Source: Candidatus Zambryskibacteria bacterium RIFOXYD1_FULL_40_13 (GTDB lineage Bacteria > Patescibacteriota > Minisyncoccia > Phycocordibacterales > DATDWN01). From it: a stretch of 61,044 nt of DNA. Every line of letters starts with the position of its first letter. Position 1 is the first letter of the stretch. The notes beneath the pieces were generated by a model. It searched no databases and had not been told where the DNA came from. It saw only the letters and a program-made list of their open reading frames with translations. Below are positions 20,849 to 29,394 of this stretch, piece by piece. The stretch spans positions 304 to 61,347 of the forward strand of contig MHWY01000005.1 in NCBI GenBank assembly GCA_001824295.1, read 5' to 3'. The position numbers and the translations under genes were made by a program.

Positions 20849-21039
20849 TGCGGGGCCAGGATTTGGGAAGGGGTCGGGAAACGGTAGTGAGGAGTGATGT
20901 TATCATTCCGCAAGACCTTGAACGTTTTGTAATCAAAATGTGAAAGGTGTACAGAACCTGTAAGGTTTCCCGTGCACGAAGGCAGTGAGCGAAGTGAGCG
21001 TTGGAAAACCGTCAGTTTCCAAGGAATCCAGGCCCAGCA
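20849..21039 (+). ncRNA. Conserved structured element, copy X1 (unknown class; paralog at 34741-34869)
   Basis: 20/20 and 55/60 identity to X2 in two core blocks (20865-20884, 20966-21025). Closing helix TGCGGGGCCAGGAT/ATCCAGGCCCAGCA is 12/14 paired. An ~80-nt hairpin-rich insert replaces the X2 tetraloop. Confidence 0.4.
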
Positions 21040-21081
21040 GTAGTTTGAGTTTTTGGGTTTTTCTGTTATATTTCCTATATT

Positions 21082-21155
21082 GTCGGCGTAGCTCAGGTAG
21101 TTAGAGCGTGGGACTCATAAGCCCAAGGTCCCCCGTGCAATTCGGGGCGCCGACA
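21082..21155 (+). tRNA. tRNA(CAU), elongator Met or Ile2-type
   Basis: GTCGGCG TA GCTC AGGTAGTTA GAGC G TGGGA CTCATAA GCCCA AGGTC CCCCG TGCAATT CGGGG CGCCGAC A. Confidence 0.8.
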
Positions 21156-21266
21156 CAAAATTAATATTGACTCTTTGAAATTATACGATTTTATGTATAA
21201 TAGGTTGGGTACATCAAAACTATTCCTTAAGAGGAAGAAGGATGTGTTTGAAAGGTACAAAAAGAT

Positions 21267-21550
21267 GCGGTCGTAGCTCAATTTGGTTAGAGCGCGTCCC
21301 TGTAGAATACTGCAGCTTTCTGTCGAAATGGCAGATTGAAACTCTTTGGGATATCGGTGAAGGCTAAATCCTAAGTGCAAACGAAGGACATGCGAATACC
21401 GAGGGAACTCATCTTTTGATGAGAGCACCGTAGAGACTAGATACCAGAGCACCTAACGGGAAACCTATGGTGAAGATATAGTCCACGCCTTTATGAAAAT
21501 ATTGGATAAGTGCACGGACGAGGTTGTGGGTTCAAGTCCCATCGATCGCG
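21267..21550 (+). tRNA. tRNA-Asp(GUC) interrupted by a group I intron in the anticodon loop
   Basis: Exons: GCGGTCG TA GCTC AATTTGGTTA GAGC G CGTCC CTGT | CAC GGACG AGGTT GTGGG TTCAAGT CCCAT CGATCGC G. The spliced loop is CTGTCAC and the discriminator is G. Confidence 0.75.
21304..21512 (+). ncRNA. Group I self-splicing intron (IC3-like, about 209 nt, no ORF)
   Basis: P1 hairpin CTGT|AG-AATA-CTGCAG has a U.G pair at the 5' splice site. R element CCGTAGAGACTAGA and S element GAAGATATAGTCC are present (P7 GACTA/TAGTC). AATCCTAAGTGC and ACCTAACGGGAAACCTATGG resemble the Azoarcus tRNA intron. The intron ends in G. Confidence 0.85.
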
Positions 21551-21555
21551 CATCG

Positions 21556-21587
21556 AAAAATAGAGCCAATAATACGGCTCTATTTTT
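21556..21587 (+). terminator. Rho-independent terminator after the tRNA cluster
   Basis: AAAAATAGAGCC-aataatac-GGCTCTATTTTT. Confidence 0.75.
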
Positions 21588-21625
21588 GTATACTGATTGG
21601 ACGAAATAACTGGTATACTATTTGT

Positions 21626-22849
21626 ATGGAAGAAACTAAACCAGAAAATATAATTCCATTTATACAGCCTGAACTACCAAAACAATCTAATAAAAAGTTT
21701 ATTGTTCTTATTGGCCTAGTATCCCTTTTAGTAATTTGTGTTGGCGCATATATGTATTCTAAAAATAAAGAAGTTAAATCAGAAAATACCTTAGAAACAA
21801 CACAAACCTTGCCTTCAGAAGGTTTTGATTCTTACTCAAATAAAGCTTTTGGTAGTTTGTATCCCAAAGATTGGGTTGTCACTGAGGAAATTTGGAATTC
21901 GTATGGTTGTAATGCTCAGGCTGACTTTGTTCAAAATCCTGTCTTGCAATGGAGCCTCTTAAATGATGATGGTGGTACAGACAATCTACACAATTTAAAG
22001 AATCCTGGTTCAGTAATTTCTGTAAGGGGTGGTGTAGGCGGAAATACGCAATCTTTTAACCAGTATAAAAAAACACTCAGTGATATTTATAAAGGTGATA
22101 GAAGTATTCAGCTTTCATTTTTCCAAGACAAAGTGGAAGTAACTAATAAAAAGCTTGATACTGATGGCCAGACACCTTCTCTCACATATTATTTTAATTT
22201 TCCAGTTTACAAGAAAAATGGAGTGTCAAAGTCTATAGTTCTTAATGGTAAATTTCCTCAAGTAATCTCAATTACCTATATTGCACCTGAGAAAGATTTT
22301 TCTGAAGAATTATTTGATACAATTGTCTCCTCATTAACAAACAGATTAAAAGAAGCTACATGCACTAATGCTATTGATATGCAGAAATATAATGATTTAC
22401 GAACAACCTTGAGTAATATTAATTTAGTTTATGGACAAAAGATTGATCTAAATTCTGGTAACTATAGTTTTTTTCCACAAGAAAATATTAAAGATGTTAA
22501 AATTGGGACAGGAGAAGTTGCTAAATATGGCGATAAGGCAGTTGTAAATATTTCCAGTGTTTTAATGCGTGGAAATATTTACAATGATCCTTGGGTGCCA
22601 GCAGGGAAACATATTGTTGGCGGAGGAGATGCATATTTCAATCATAAAATAAATTTGAACACTACGATAGATTCATATGAGTCTTACGCGTTGGGAGTGA
22701 TAGGAATGCGAGTAGGTGGTATAAGAAAAATCACTTTTATAACCTCAGGCGGATTTTGGTTTTTAGGCGCTGGACCAGATGCTATTTCAATAAAAGATAA
22801 AGAGTCAGTAACGTATACAGTAGAACTTGTATCTTTATTGCCAAATTAG
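21626..22849 (+). CDS. Membrane-anchored protein with a C-terminal FKBP-like (PPIase-like) domain
   Basis: Start taken at MEETKPEN; the upstream part of the track ORF overlaps the tRNA. One TM helix. C-terminus GTGEVAKYGDKAVVN...GVIGMRVGGIRKITF...YTVELVSL resembles the FKBP fold. Confidence 0.55.
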   Translation: MEETKPENIIPFIQPELPKQSNKKFIVLIGLVSLLVICVGAYMYSKNKEVKSENTLETTQTLPSEGFDSYSNKAFGSLYPKDWVVTEEIWNSYGCNAQADFVQNPVLQWSLLNDDGGTDNLHNLKNPGSVISVRGGVGGNTQSFNQYKKTLSDIYKGDRSIQLSFFQDKVEVTNKKLDTDGQTPSLTYYFNFPVYKKNGVSKSIVLNGKFPQVISITYIAPEKDFSEELFDTIVSSLTNRLKEATCTNAIDMQKYNDLRTTLSNINLVYGQKIDLNSGNYSFFPQENIKDVKIGTGEVAKYGDKAVVNISSVLMRGNIYNDPWVPAGKHIVGGGDAYFNHKINLNTTIDSYESYALGVIGMRVGGIRKITFITSGGFWFLGAGPDAISIKDKESVTYTVELVSLLPN

Positions 22850-22910
22850 ATAGAAACACCAATCCTGCTTGCGTATTACAGTTCTAACATCGTCCACTAG
22901 TCCGCGCAGA

Positions 22911-22934
22911 AAAATCCGCCGTGAGGCGGATTTT
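22911..22934. terminator. Bidirectional terminator between convergent genes
   Basis: AAAATCCGCC-gtga-GGCGGATTTT. Confidence 0.75.
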
Positions 22935-22945
22935 GCATTTCTAAA

Positions 22946-23305
22946 TTATTTTTCTTGATTCTCTAATTTCACTGCAGCTTCTGGGGTAGAGACAGTTTTT
23001 CCCATAAGGAATAATTTAACGATTCCCATGGCTATAATCCAATATACCAGCATGGCCAGAAGGGTAGTCCACTCAAAAATATTTCCCTCTATGTAACTGA
23101 CGCGAAAAACGCTTATAAACGGAGATGCAAGAAAATTCGTTGCTCCATAAATAAAACTAGTAAAGCCAGCACCAGCGTTTGCACCTAGTAACTTGAGAAC
23201 GAATCGAAATAACAGCAATACCTCTATCAAACCGACAATATACCAAACGATTTGAGTACCACGATATAGTGGCTTTGTTGTTGACGAGTTGTGTGATGAA
23301 TCCAT
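22946..23305 (-). CDS. YggT-family membrane protein
   Basis: 119 aa with LLFRFVLKLLGANAGAGF...PFISVF, a typical YGGT repeat pattern. Confidence 0.65.
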   Translation of the reverse strand: MDSSHNSSTTKPLYRGTQIVWYIVGLIEVLLLFRFVLKLLGANAGAGFTSFIYGATNFLASPFISVFRVSYIEGNIFEWTTLLAMLVYWIIAMGIVKLFLMGKTVSTPEAAVKLENQEK

Positions 23306-23424
23306 ATATTTTTGTCTATTTATGTAGATTAATTAAGCTTTTAATAAAAAATCTTATATTATCTAAGCCGTTTTACGAATATAAATATTACAGCCGGGTT
23401 CGAACTGTGGTATAATTTTGGTAT

Positions 23425-24651
23425 ATGGACAAGAAGAAACTATTTTTATGGTCACTATATGATTTTGCTAACTCTATCGTCTATATCAATTTCATCTTAT
23501 ATTTTGCCCAGTGGATAGTTATTGATGCCGGCCTGTCTGATTTTTCATACAATATAATATTTGCCATAACATCAATACTGCTTTTGTTTACGGCTCCTAT
23601 ATTGGCATCTCGCACAGATTTACGTGGTGGTGCAAAATGGTGGTTAAATGCGTCTACATTTGGTACGTTTCTCTTTTACATGTTGTCTACTGTTTTTGCT
23701 TGGATGAATATAAATGTATATCTAGTTGCGTTTATGTTTCTAATAGGCCAATATTTTTATCAACTATCTTTCGTGTTTTATAATCCAATGCTGGATGATA
23801 TTGCAGATGAATCGCATAAATCAAGGGTTTCTGGTATCGGAAATTTTGCTAGTGCTATGGGCTTTGTGGTTGGAATTTTGATCACGTTACCATTTGCCAG
23901 TTCTCGAATACTGCCACTATTTGTATCCGTGCCAGTATTTTTTATTCTTGCTTTACCCATGATGGTTTTTTATAGAGAATCAAAACATTTTGATATGGGG
24001 GGATATGTAGAAAAATCCAAAGGTAGAATCGACACCTCATTAAGAAAAATGGTCACCTTTTTTGCTGTGTCAACGGCAACCCCAATGCTAGTTGCCTTTT
24101 TCTTTTTTAACGACGCACTACTAACTGTTAGTAATAATTATTCAATTTTTCTAGAACGGGTCTTTCAAATTCCAGACCAAACAAAATCTATTTTACTTCT
24201 TGCAATATTAGTAGCATCTGCAATCGGTAGTGTTGTTGCTGGGTGGCTAGGAGATAAAATAGGAGCACTAAAAACCCTGAAGCTGATCATGGTTGGGTGG
24301 GTGCTAATCCTTCCTTTGATAGCAATAGCACCAAACTTCCTCATGGTAGCTGTGTTGACTCCAATAATGGGGTTGTTTATAGGTTCGGCTTGGACTGTTA
24401 CCAGGGCGTACTTAATTGAGGTGTTGCCAGAAAACAACAAGAGATATGGTTTTTCTTTTTATACAATTGCAGAGCGCTTTGCTACTTTAGTTGGACCTCT
24501 TACATGGGGAGGAATAATATGGGCAATGGGAATTCAGGGCTTAAGCTATCGTATTGCGGTGGGAGCAATGACTTCTTTTATTATTATAGGATTGATCATT
24601 CTTCATTATTGGAAAAGGCCCGTGGAGAAGAGTTTTGGCATCATCAGCTAG
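23425..24651 (+). CDS. MFS transporter (UMF1/Atg22-like)
   Basis: 408 aa with about 12 TM helices and N-terminal LWSLYDFANS. TGGTATAAT lies 8 nt upstream of the ATG. Confidence 0.75.
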   Translation: MDKKKLFLWSLYDFANSIVYINFILYFAQWIVIDAGLSDFSYNIIFAITSILLLFTAPILASRTDLRGGAKWWLNASTFGTFLFYMLSTVFAWMNINVYLVAFMFLIGQYFYQLSFVFYNPMLDDIADESHKSRVSGIGNFASAMGFVVGILITLPFASSRILPLFVSVPVFFILALPMMVFYRESKHFDMGGYVEKSKGRIDTSLRKMVTFFAVSTATPMLVAFFFFNDALLTVSNNYSIFLERVFQIPDQTKSILLLAILVASAIGSVVAGWLGDKIGALKTLKLIMVGWVLILPLIAIAPNFLMVAVLTPIMGLFIGSAWTVTRAYLIEVLPENNKRYGFSFYTIAERFATLVGPLTWGGIIWAMGIQGLSYRIAVGAMTSFIIIGLIILHYWKRPVEKSFGIIS

Positions 24652-24689
24652 TCCGCATAAGACTTTCATTATTATTTTAATCCATAAAT

Positions 24690-24980
24690 ATGATTTTTGA
24701 ATGGGCTGTTCGTAAAAAACTATTTAGAAACATAAACCATGTTCTTTGGTTTATGATGAGTGTTTATATATTAGCCCTTATTGTTGCTTATTATTTTTAT
24801 CCTAATTCTAAGATAGTTATTCTTTTACCAATTGCTATTCACCTCACTGCCTTTTTTCAAGCAATATATTCATACATTAAGAAAATTTCTAGCGAGTCAA
24901 TCAGTAGAGATTGTATTTGGTGGAATCTGTTTATGTTGTTCATTTACTCCCTTCTCCTTTTTGTAATTAAATTGTCTTAA
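24690..24980 (+). CDS. Small membrane protein (hypothetical)
   Basis: 96 aa with three hydrophobic segments. Confidence 0.4.
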   Translation: MIFEWAVRKKLFRNINHVLWFMMSVYILALIVAYYFYPNSKIVILLPIAIHLTAFFQAIYSYIKKISSESISRDCIWWNLFMLFIYSLLLFVIKLS

Positions 24981-25014
24981 TTTTAGTATGTAAAAATGCT
25001 CAATATAATTTTTT

Positions 25015-25545
25015 ATGGATATAAAAATAGTTAAACCAACGATAGAGGATGTCCGGGGAACTATTGAGGTTCAATATAAAACCTGGCTTGCAACTTATCC
25101 CAACAAAAAGGCTGGAATAACTATTGATGATATTGAATATAGATACAAGGATGCCTTTTCTCCCGAAAGGTTAAAAAAAAGAGAGGAGATGATAGTAAGT
25201 CAGGAACCAAATGAAAAATATATTGTTGCAAAGGATGGCGATAGGGTAGTTGGCATGTGTTACGCAGTAATACACGAAGACAAGAATCAGCTTGAAGCAA
25301 TTTATATCTTACCTGAGTATCACGGGAGGGGAATAGGCACGAAATTATGGAACGCAGTTTTGCCATTTTTTGATAAAACAAAAGACATCTATGTTGAAGT
25401 TGCAGATTACAACGAGAAGGCCATTGGTTTCTATAAGAAGCTTGGGTTTATTGATACTGGGAGGAGATTTAGCGATGAGAGGTTTAAAATGAAAAGTGGG
25501 GCTATGTTACCTGAAATGGAGATGAAAATTAGTGTCACGCAATAG
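25015..25545 (+). CDS. GNAT-family N-acetyltransferase
   Basis: 176 aa with the acetyl-CoA motif HGRGIGTKLW...FYKKLGF. Confidence 0.8.
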   Translation: MDIKIVKPTIEDVRGTIEVQYKTWLATYPNKKAGITIDDIEYRYKDAFSPERLKKREEMIVSQEPNEKYIVAKDGDRVVGMCYAVIHEDKNQLEAIYILPEYHGRGIGTKLWNAVLPFFDKTKDIYVEVADYNEKAIGFYKKLGFIDTGRRFSDERFKMKSGAMLPEMEMKISVTQ

Positions 25546-25597
25546 TGTCTTATATTGTGGAGCAGAATGTTGGGATTGGTTATGATACTATTTAAGT

Positions 25598-26206
25598 ATG
25601 CAATATCAATCTACAAAACATGTTGCGGTGATTGTGGCCGGATTAGGAGGGTTGGAAAACTTCCCAACCCTAACCTCTAGTTGGGCAAAGTACGGCATAG
25701 AGACTGTTCACTTTAAACCCATGTGGAAAAGCGCTGAGTCGTTTGAGAATAAGTTGGGGAGGTTTCTTGGGTTTATCGATCTTCTGGTCTCTCAGGGTAA
25801 AACAGTCTCTCTGGTTGGGACTAGCGCTGGTGGTAGCATGGTCGTAAATGCTTTTATTGAAAGGCGAAAGATTATCAATACGGTTGTTGTTGTTTGTGGG
25901 TGGATTACTGTTGGTAAAAACAGTGCCATATTTGATAAGTTGAGGTTAAAGGCGCCCTCTTTCGTTGAATCAGTAAGTATGTGTGACGACAGAATAGAGT
26001 TGCTAACTCTAGAAGACCGGTCCAAAATAATGACGATTAGTTCGGTTATGGATGAGCTCGTGCCGTCGGAGGTTTCGCGTTTAGAGGGGGCAAAAAATAT
26101 CAAGACACTTATTCCTATACATGTTGTGGCTATACTGTTTAATCTGGCACTTGCATATCGTAAGATTATAGATTTTATTTTAGATAATTCTAACACCACA
26201 CGATAA
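25598..26206 (+). CDS. Alpha/beta-hydrolase-like protein (hypothetical)
   Basis: 202 aa with the nucleophile-elbow-like motif LVGTSAGGS. Confidence 0.4.
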   Translation: MQYQSTKHVAVIVAGLGGLENFPTLTSSWAKYGIETVHFKPMWKSAESFENKLGRFLGFIDLLVSQGKTVSLVGTSAGGSMVVNAFIERRKIINTVVVVCGWITVGKNSAIFDKLRLKAPSFVESVSMCDDRIELLTLEDRSKIMTISSVMDELVPSEVSRLEGAKNIKTLIPIHVVAILFNLALAYRKIIDFILDNSNTTR

Positions 26207-26238
26207 GTCACCTAGTATTATAGTATAATCAACTTATT

Positions 26239-27111
26239 ATGCCCTGGTACATTCTTCCATTAATTTCTGCACTTATTATCTCTGTTTCAACCATTCTTGA
26301 AAAGAAGGTTTTGGTTGAAGAGCACGCAACTGAATTCTCTACGGTTTTTGCCATTTTCAATGCTATTTTATGTATACCCTTTGCTTTTCTTGCCGATTTC
26401 TCTCTCTTGTCTTGGGAGCTGGTCTTTATAATTTTCCTGGGGTCTGTTGTGGCCACAACATCTTTCTTGCTTACTGCAAAAAGTACGAGACACATGGATG
26501 TGTCGTCTACTAGCTCTTGGATGATTCTTGCACCTGCTGTTACTGCTGTGTTTGCCTTTTTCATTCTTGGGGAAAAGCTTGGCTCGCAACAAGTGTTCGG
26601 AATCGGACTTATGCTTATTGGAATGTATGTCTTACAATCACACCAGAATTCATCAGTATGGGATCCGTTGAAGGAGATATATCGTTCAAAATATATTCAC
26701 TTCATAATCATTTCTTTGTTTTTGTATGCTTTGGGTGCAATGATAGACAGGGTTTCTTTGAGTCACCTCAGTGTTGATTTTTTTGCCTATGTTTCACTCG
26801 TTCACTTCTTTATAGCTTTCAACTTTTTTGTTATATCTTATTTCTTGTACGATGGAACGATGGGGATTAAGCACGGTATAAAAAAATATGGGTGGCTTAT
26901 TTTACTTATCTCCGTTTTAACTGTTGCTCAAAGGACGACAATGGCTTTGGCTATTTCCACCACAATGCTTGGTCTTATCCTTCCTATTAAGAGACTGTCT
27001 TCATTGTTTACCACAATAATCGGTGGGGAACTGTTTCATGAGAAAAATCTCGGCAGAAAGATTTTTGCTTGCGTTGTGATGCTTATAGGTCTTGTCTTTA
27101 TGGTAGTCTAG
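26239..27111 (+). CDS. EamA/DMT-family transporter
   Basis: 290 aa with about 10 TM helices and a two-EamA-repeat architecture. Confidence 0.75.
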   Translation: MPWYILPLISALIISVSTILEKKVLVEEHATEFSTVFAIFNAILCIPFAFLADFSLLSWELVFIIFLGSVVATTSFLLTAKSTRHMDVSSTSSWMILAPAVTAVFAFFILGEKLGSQQVFGIGLMLIGMYVLQSHQNSSVWDPLKEIYRSKYIHFIIISLFLYALGAMIDRVSLSHLSVDFFAYVSLVHFFIAFNFFVISYFLYDGTMGIKHGIKKYGWLILLISVLTVAQRTTMALAISTTMLGLILPIKRLSSLFTTIIGGELFHEKNLGRKIFACVVMLIGLVFMVV

Positions 27112-27583
27112 GTAGACTATTTATTTGAACCCCTCCGTTTTTCATGTATCCGCGCATCATTCCTTGTATAGGGCCTCTTCGTGAGAGTTTGTCGTTGACC
27201 CCAACAGTATCAATAATCCAACCGGCGATTATTATTGCAAGAATAAAAACAATAATAATATGCAAGTAGTTCCTTTTATAGGAAAACTCGTATTTGTGTA
27301 TGAGCCAGATTCCCAGGGCCAAAAACAGGATTGCAAATAGTGAGGTCCACCAAGGGAAGTTTGATATAAGTTCGTTGAGCTTGTACTCTCCCATTGGGCC
27401 GTGTGCGCGGACGGAAAACCTTATGAGACTAAACAAGAAGGTCGACATAACAATAGAGCCAACAAGCCCAAGGAAGGTCAAGATAGACCCGAGTATAAAA
27501 TACAGCTTCGGCTTCATTTTTATCTTATCTTCATGGATTTTACTCATTACGGAGTCCTTTATGTTTTCTAGTTCGTGAGACAT
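27098..27583 (-). CDS. Membrane protein downstream of the ECF sigma gene (possible anti-sigma factor)
   Basis: 161 aa with three or four TM helices. It overlaps the sigma gene stop by 16 nt, suggesting translational coupling. Confidence 0.4.
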   Translation of the reverse strand: MSHELENIKDSVMSKIHEDKIKMKPKLYFILGSILTFLGLVGSIVMSTFLFSLIRFSVRAHGPMGEYKLNELISNFPWWTSLFAILFLALGIWLIHKYEFSYKRNYLHIIIVFILAIIIAGWIIDTVGVNDKLSRRGPIQGMMRGYMKNGGVQINSLPRLP

Positions 27584-28110
27584 ATTTTTTTCATTATTAT
27601 TTTTGCCCTACTAATACGCGTTGCCACCGTTCCAATTGGTATTTGTAATATATCACTGATTTCTTCATATGATTTTTCTTCTACATAAAAAAGGTTCAAT
27701 GGTTCTGAATATATAATAGGAATTTGATTTAGACAGCTCCTAACTTTGTCTATTGTCTCTTTCTGTTCAAACTCCTTTTCTATGTTTTCATCACTTTTAT
27801 AGTCGATGTTGTCTAGAAGGGGAGTCTCCTTGTTGTATTTCTTTACAACATTCATCGCCTGGTTGTGTACTATGCGATATATCCAGCTAGAAAACTTCTT
27901 TGTCGTGCTGAAACTGTTTAAATTGATATAAGCTTTGATGAATGATTCTTGTACTATATCCACAGCTTTGTGCTCGTCTGTCACTAAGTGTTTTGCATAT
28001 CGTAAAAGTTTATCCTCATATCTTTCAATCACTATAGCAAAAACTTCTTTGTCATTGAGTCGAACTTCTTCAATCAAATCTTCGTCAGTAAGTTTTTTAG
28101 TATCCGTCAT
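27568..28110 (-). CDS. ECF-type RNA polymerase sigma factor
   Basis: Sigma-70 region 2 (FAIVIERYEDKLLRYAKH...ESFIKAY) and region 4 (YEEISDILQIPIGTVATRISRAK). Start taken at MTDTKKL. Confidence 0.8.
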   Translation of the reverse strand: MTDTKKLTDEDLIEEVRLNDKEVFAIVIERYEDKLLRYAKHLVTDEHKAVDIVQESFIKAYINLNSFSTTKKFSSWIYRIVHNQAMNVVKKYNKETPLLDNIDYKSDENIEKEFEQKETIDKVRSCLNQIPIIYSEPLNLFYVEEKSYEEISDILQIPIGTVATRISRAKIIMKKICLTN

Positions 28111-28186
28111 TGTTTTGTTGTTTGTCAGTATATAATACACCAAAACCCCGACATAATCGGGGTTCTAATGCATTTGTGATAATAAA

Positions 28187-28567
28187 CTATCTGTTCAATG
28201 TTCGGCCATAACCCATGCCACCAGAAGTTCTTCCTTGGCCATTTTTCAACCCCAAGCCCAACTCCTGTCTAATCTTTTGAGCTTCTTCGGTTTTACCTTG
28301 CAAAGCTAACTCATGTGCTTCGGCAAACTTGGCAAAATTATCTTTGTTTATAACCTGGGTTACTCTTCCTTTACCTTGCATAAGACTTGCCCAAGCTGTG
28401 TAGTCTTTTGTTTCGAACGCTTTAGTCATTGCGTCGTGTCGCTCAACACTGTAGTTTGGCCCCTTTACGGCAGGGTCGCCCTTATAAGCTTCTGCGGTGT
28501 TTGTAAATACCCCCATAAATCCTAGAACTAGTGCTAATGATCCAAAGCCAATTAGTAATTTTTTCAT
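28187..28567 (-). CDS. Secreted small protein (hypothetical)
   Basis: 126 aa with signal peptide MKKLLIGFGSLALVLGFMGVFTNTAEA. Confidence 0.5.
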   Translation of the reverse strand: MKKLLIGFGSLALVLGFMGVFTNTAEAYKGDPAVKGPNYSVERHDAMTKAFETKDYTAWASLMQGKGRVTQVINKDNFAKFAEAHELALQGKTEEAQKIRQELGLGLKNGQGRTSGGMGYGRTLNR

Positions 28568-28672
28568 ATTTTTTATTTATTAACTATTAATATAACCCCT
28601 ACACTATTAATACAACCGGGACGGCAGTTTTCTTTCATGGCTCAATAATGGATAAATTAGTATAATGTGAGA

Positions 28673-29296
28673 ATGACAAAAACTCCTTACACAAAGGAAG
28701 AGATAAAACTTTTTCGGAAACTCAACACACCCCAAAAAATACAAGAATATTTGAGTTCACTCCCTTTTAATTTCAGTGAAGATGGTTTTTTTTCTTCACC
28801 CAGAATGGTTATCAAAAACAACTCAGCAGACTGCTTGGAGGGAGCTATCTTTGCCGCTGCGGTTTTAGAGTTTCATGGACAGAAGCCCTTAGTTCTAGAT
28901 TTACGCTCAATGAGAAAGCCTTTTGATTATGATCATGTCGTTGCAGTCTTTAAGAAGTTTAATTCTTACGGCGCAATATCTAAAACAAACCACGCGGTTC
29001 TAAGATACAGAGAACCGGTGTACAAAACCACGAGAGAATTAGTCATGTCATATTTTCATGAGTATTTTTTACAAAACGGGACGAAAACACTAAGAGAATA
29101 TTCCGAACCATTTGATTTGTCGTCTGTGAAGCACTTTGATTGGCGGACAACCAGTGAGGATTTGTGGGAAATTCACGAAGTTTTGGACAAACTAAAACAC
29201 TTTAAAATCCTATCCAAAAAGCAGGCACAAAACCTTAGGAAAGCAGATAGTGTTGAGATAGAGGCTGGTAAAATTGTGGTGGAGACACAAAATTGA
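28673..29296 (+). CDS. Hypothetical protein, possible Cys-His-Asp (transglutaminase/peptidase-like) fold
   Basis: ATG lies 6 nt after TATAAT (28661-28666). Contains NSADCLEGAIFAA and YDHVVAV. The family is not recognised with certainty. Confidence 0.45.
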   Translation: MTKTPYTKEEIKLFRKLNTPQKIQEYLSSLPFNFSEDGFFSSPRMVIKNNSADCLEGAIFAAAVLEFHGQKPLVLDLRSMRKPFDYDHVVAVFKKFNSYGAISKTNHAVLRYREPVYKTTRELVMSYFHEYFLQNGTKTLREYSEPFDLSSVKHFDWRTTSEDLWEIHEVLDKLKHFKILSKKQAQNLRKADSVEIEAGKIVVETQN

Positions 29297-29394
29297 TCCC
29301 ATTAGAAGTTTATGAAAATCTATAGTAAGATATGTTTTATTGATATTTGTTTAGTATTAAATTTGTAAAAGAACGTTACTTTACTTCTAACGGG

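Noticed and set aside
20849-21039. Considered whether elements X1/X2 are SRP RNA, tmRNA, RNase P RNA or a T-box leader.
   Set aside because: There are two divergent copies per 61 kb. In X1 the apical GNRA-like loop is replaced by an 80-nt insert. I could not find the SRP domain IV motif, a tmRNA tag or tRNA-like domain, the RNase P GGAAAGUCCGG core, or the T-box AGGGTGGNACCGCG sequence.
20650-21452. Track ORFs 20650-20913(-), 20715-20936(-) and 21093-21452(-).
   Set aside because: They lie entirely over tRNA genes, the X1 element and the group I intron. They have no start context or recognisable domains, so they are most likely non-coding.
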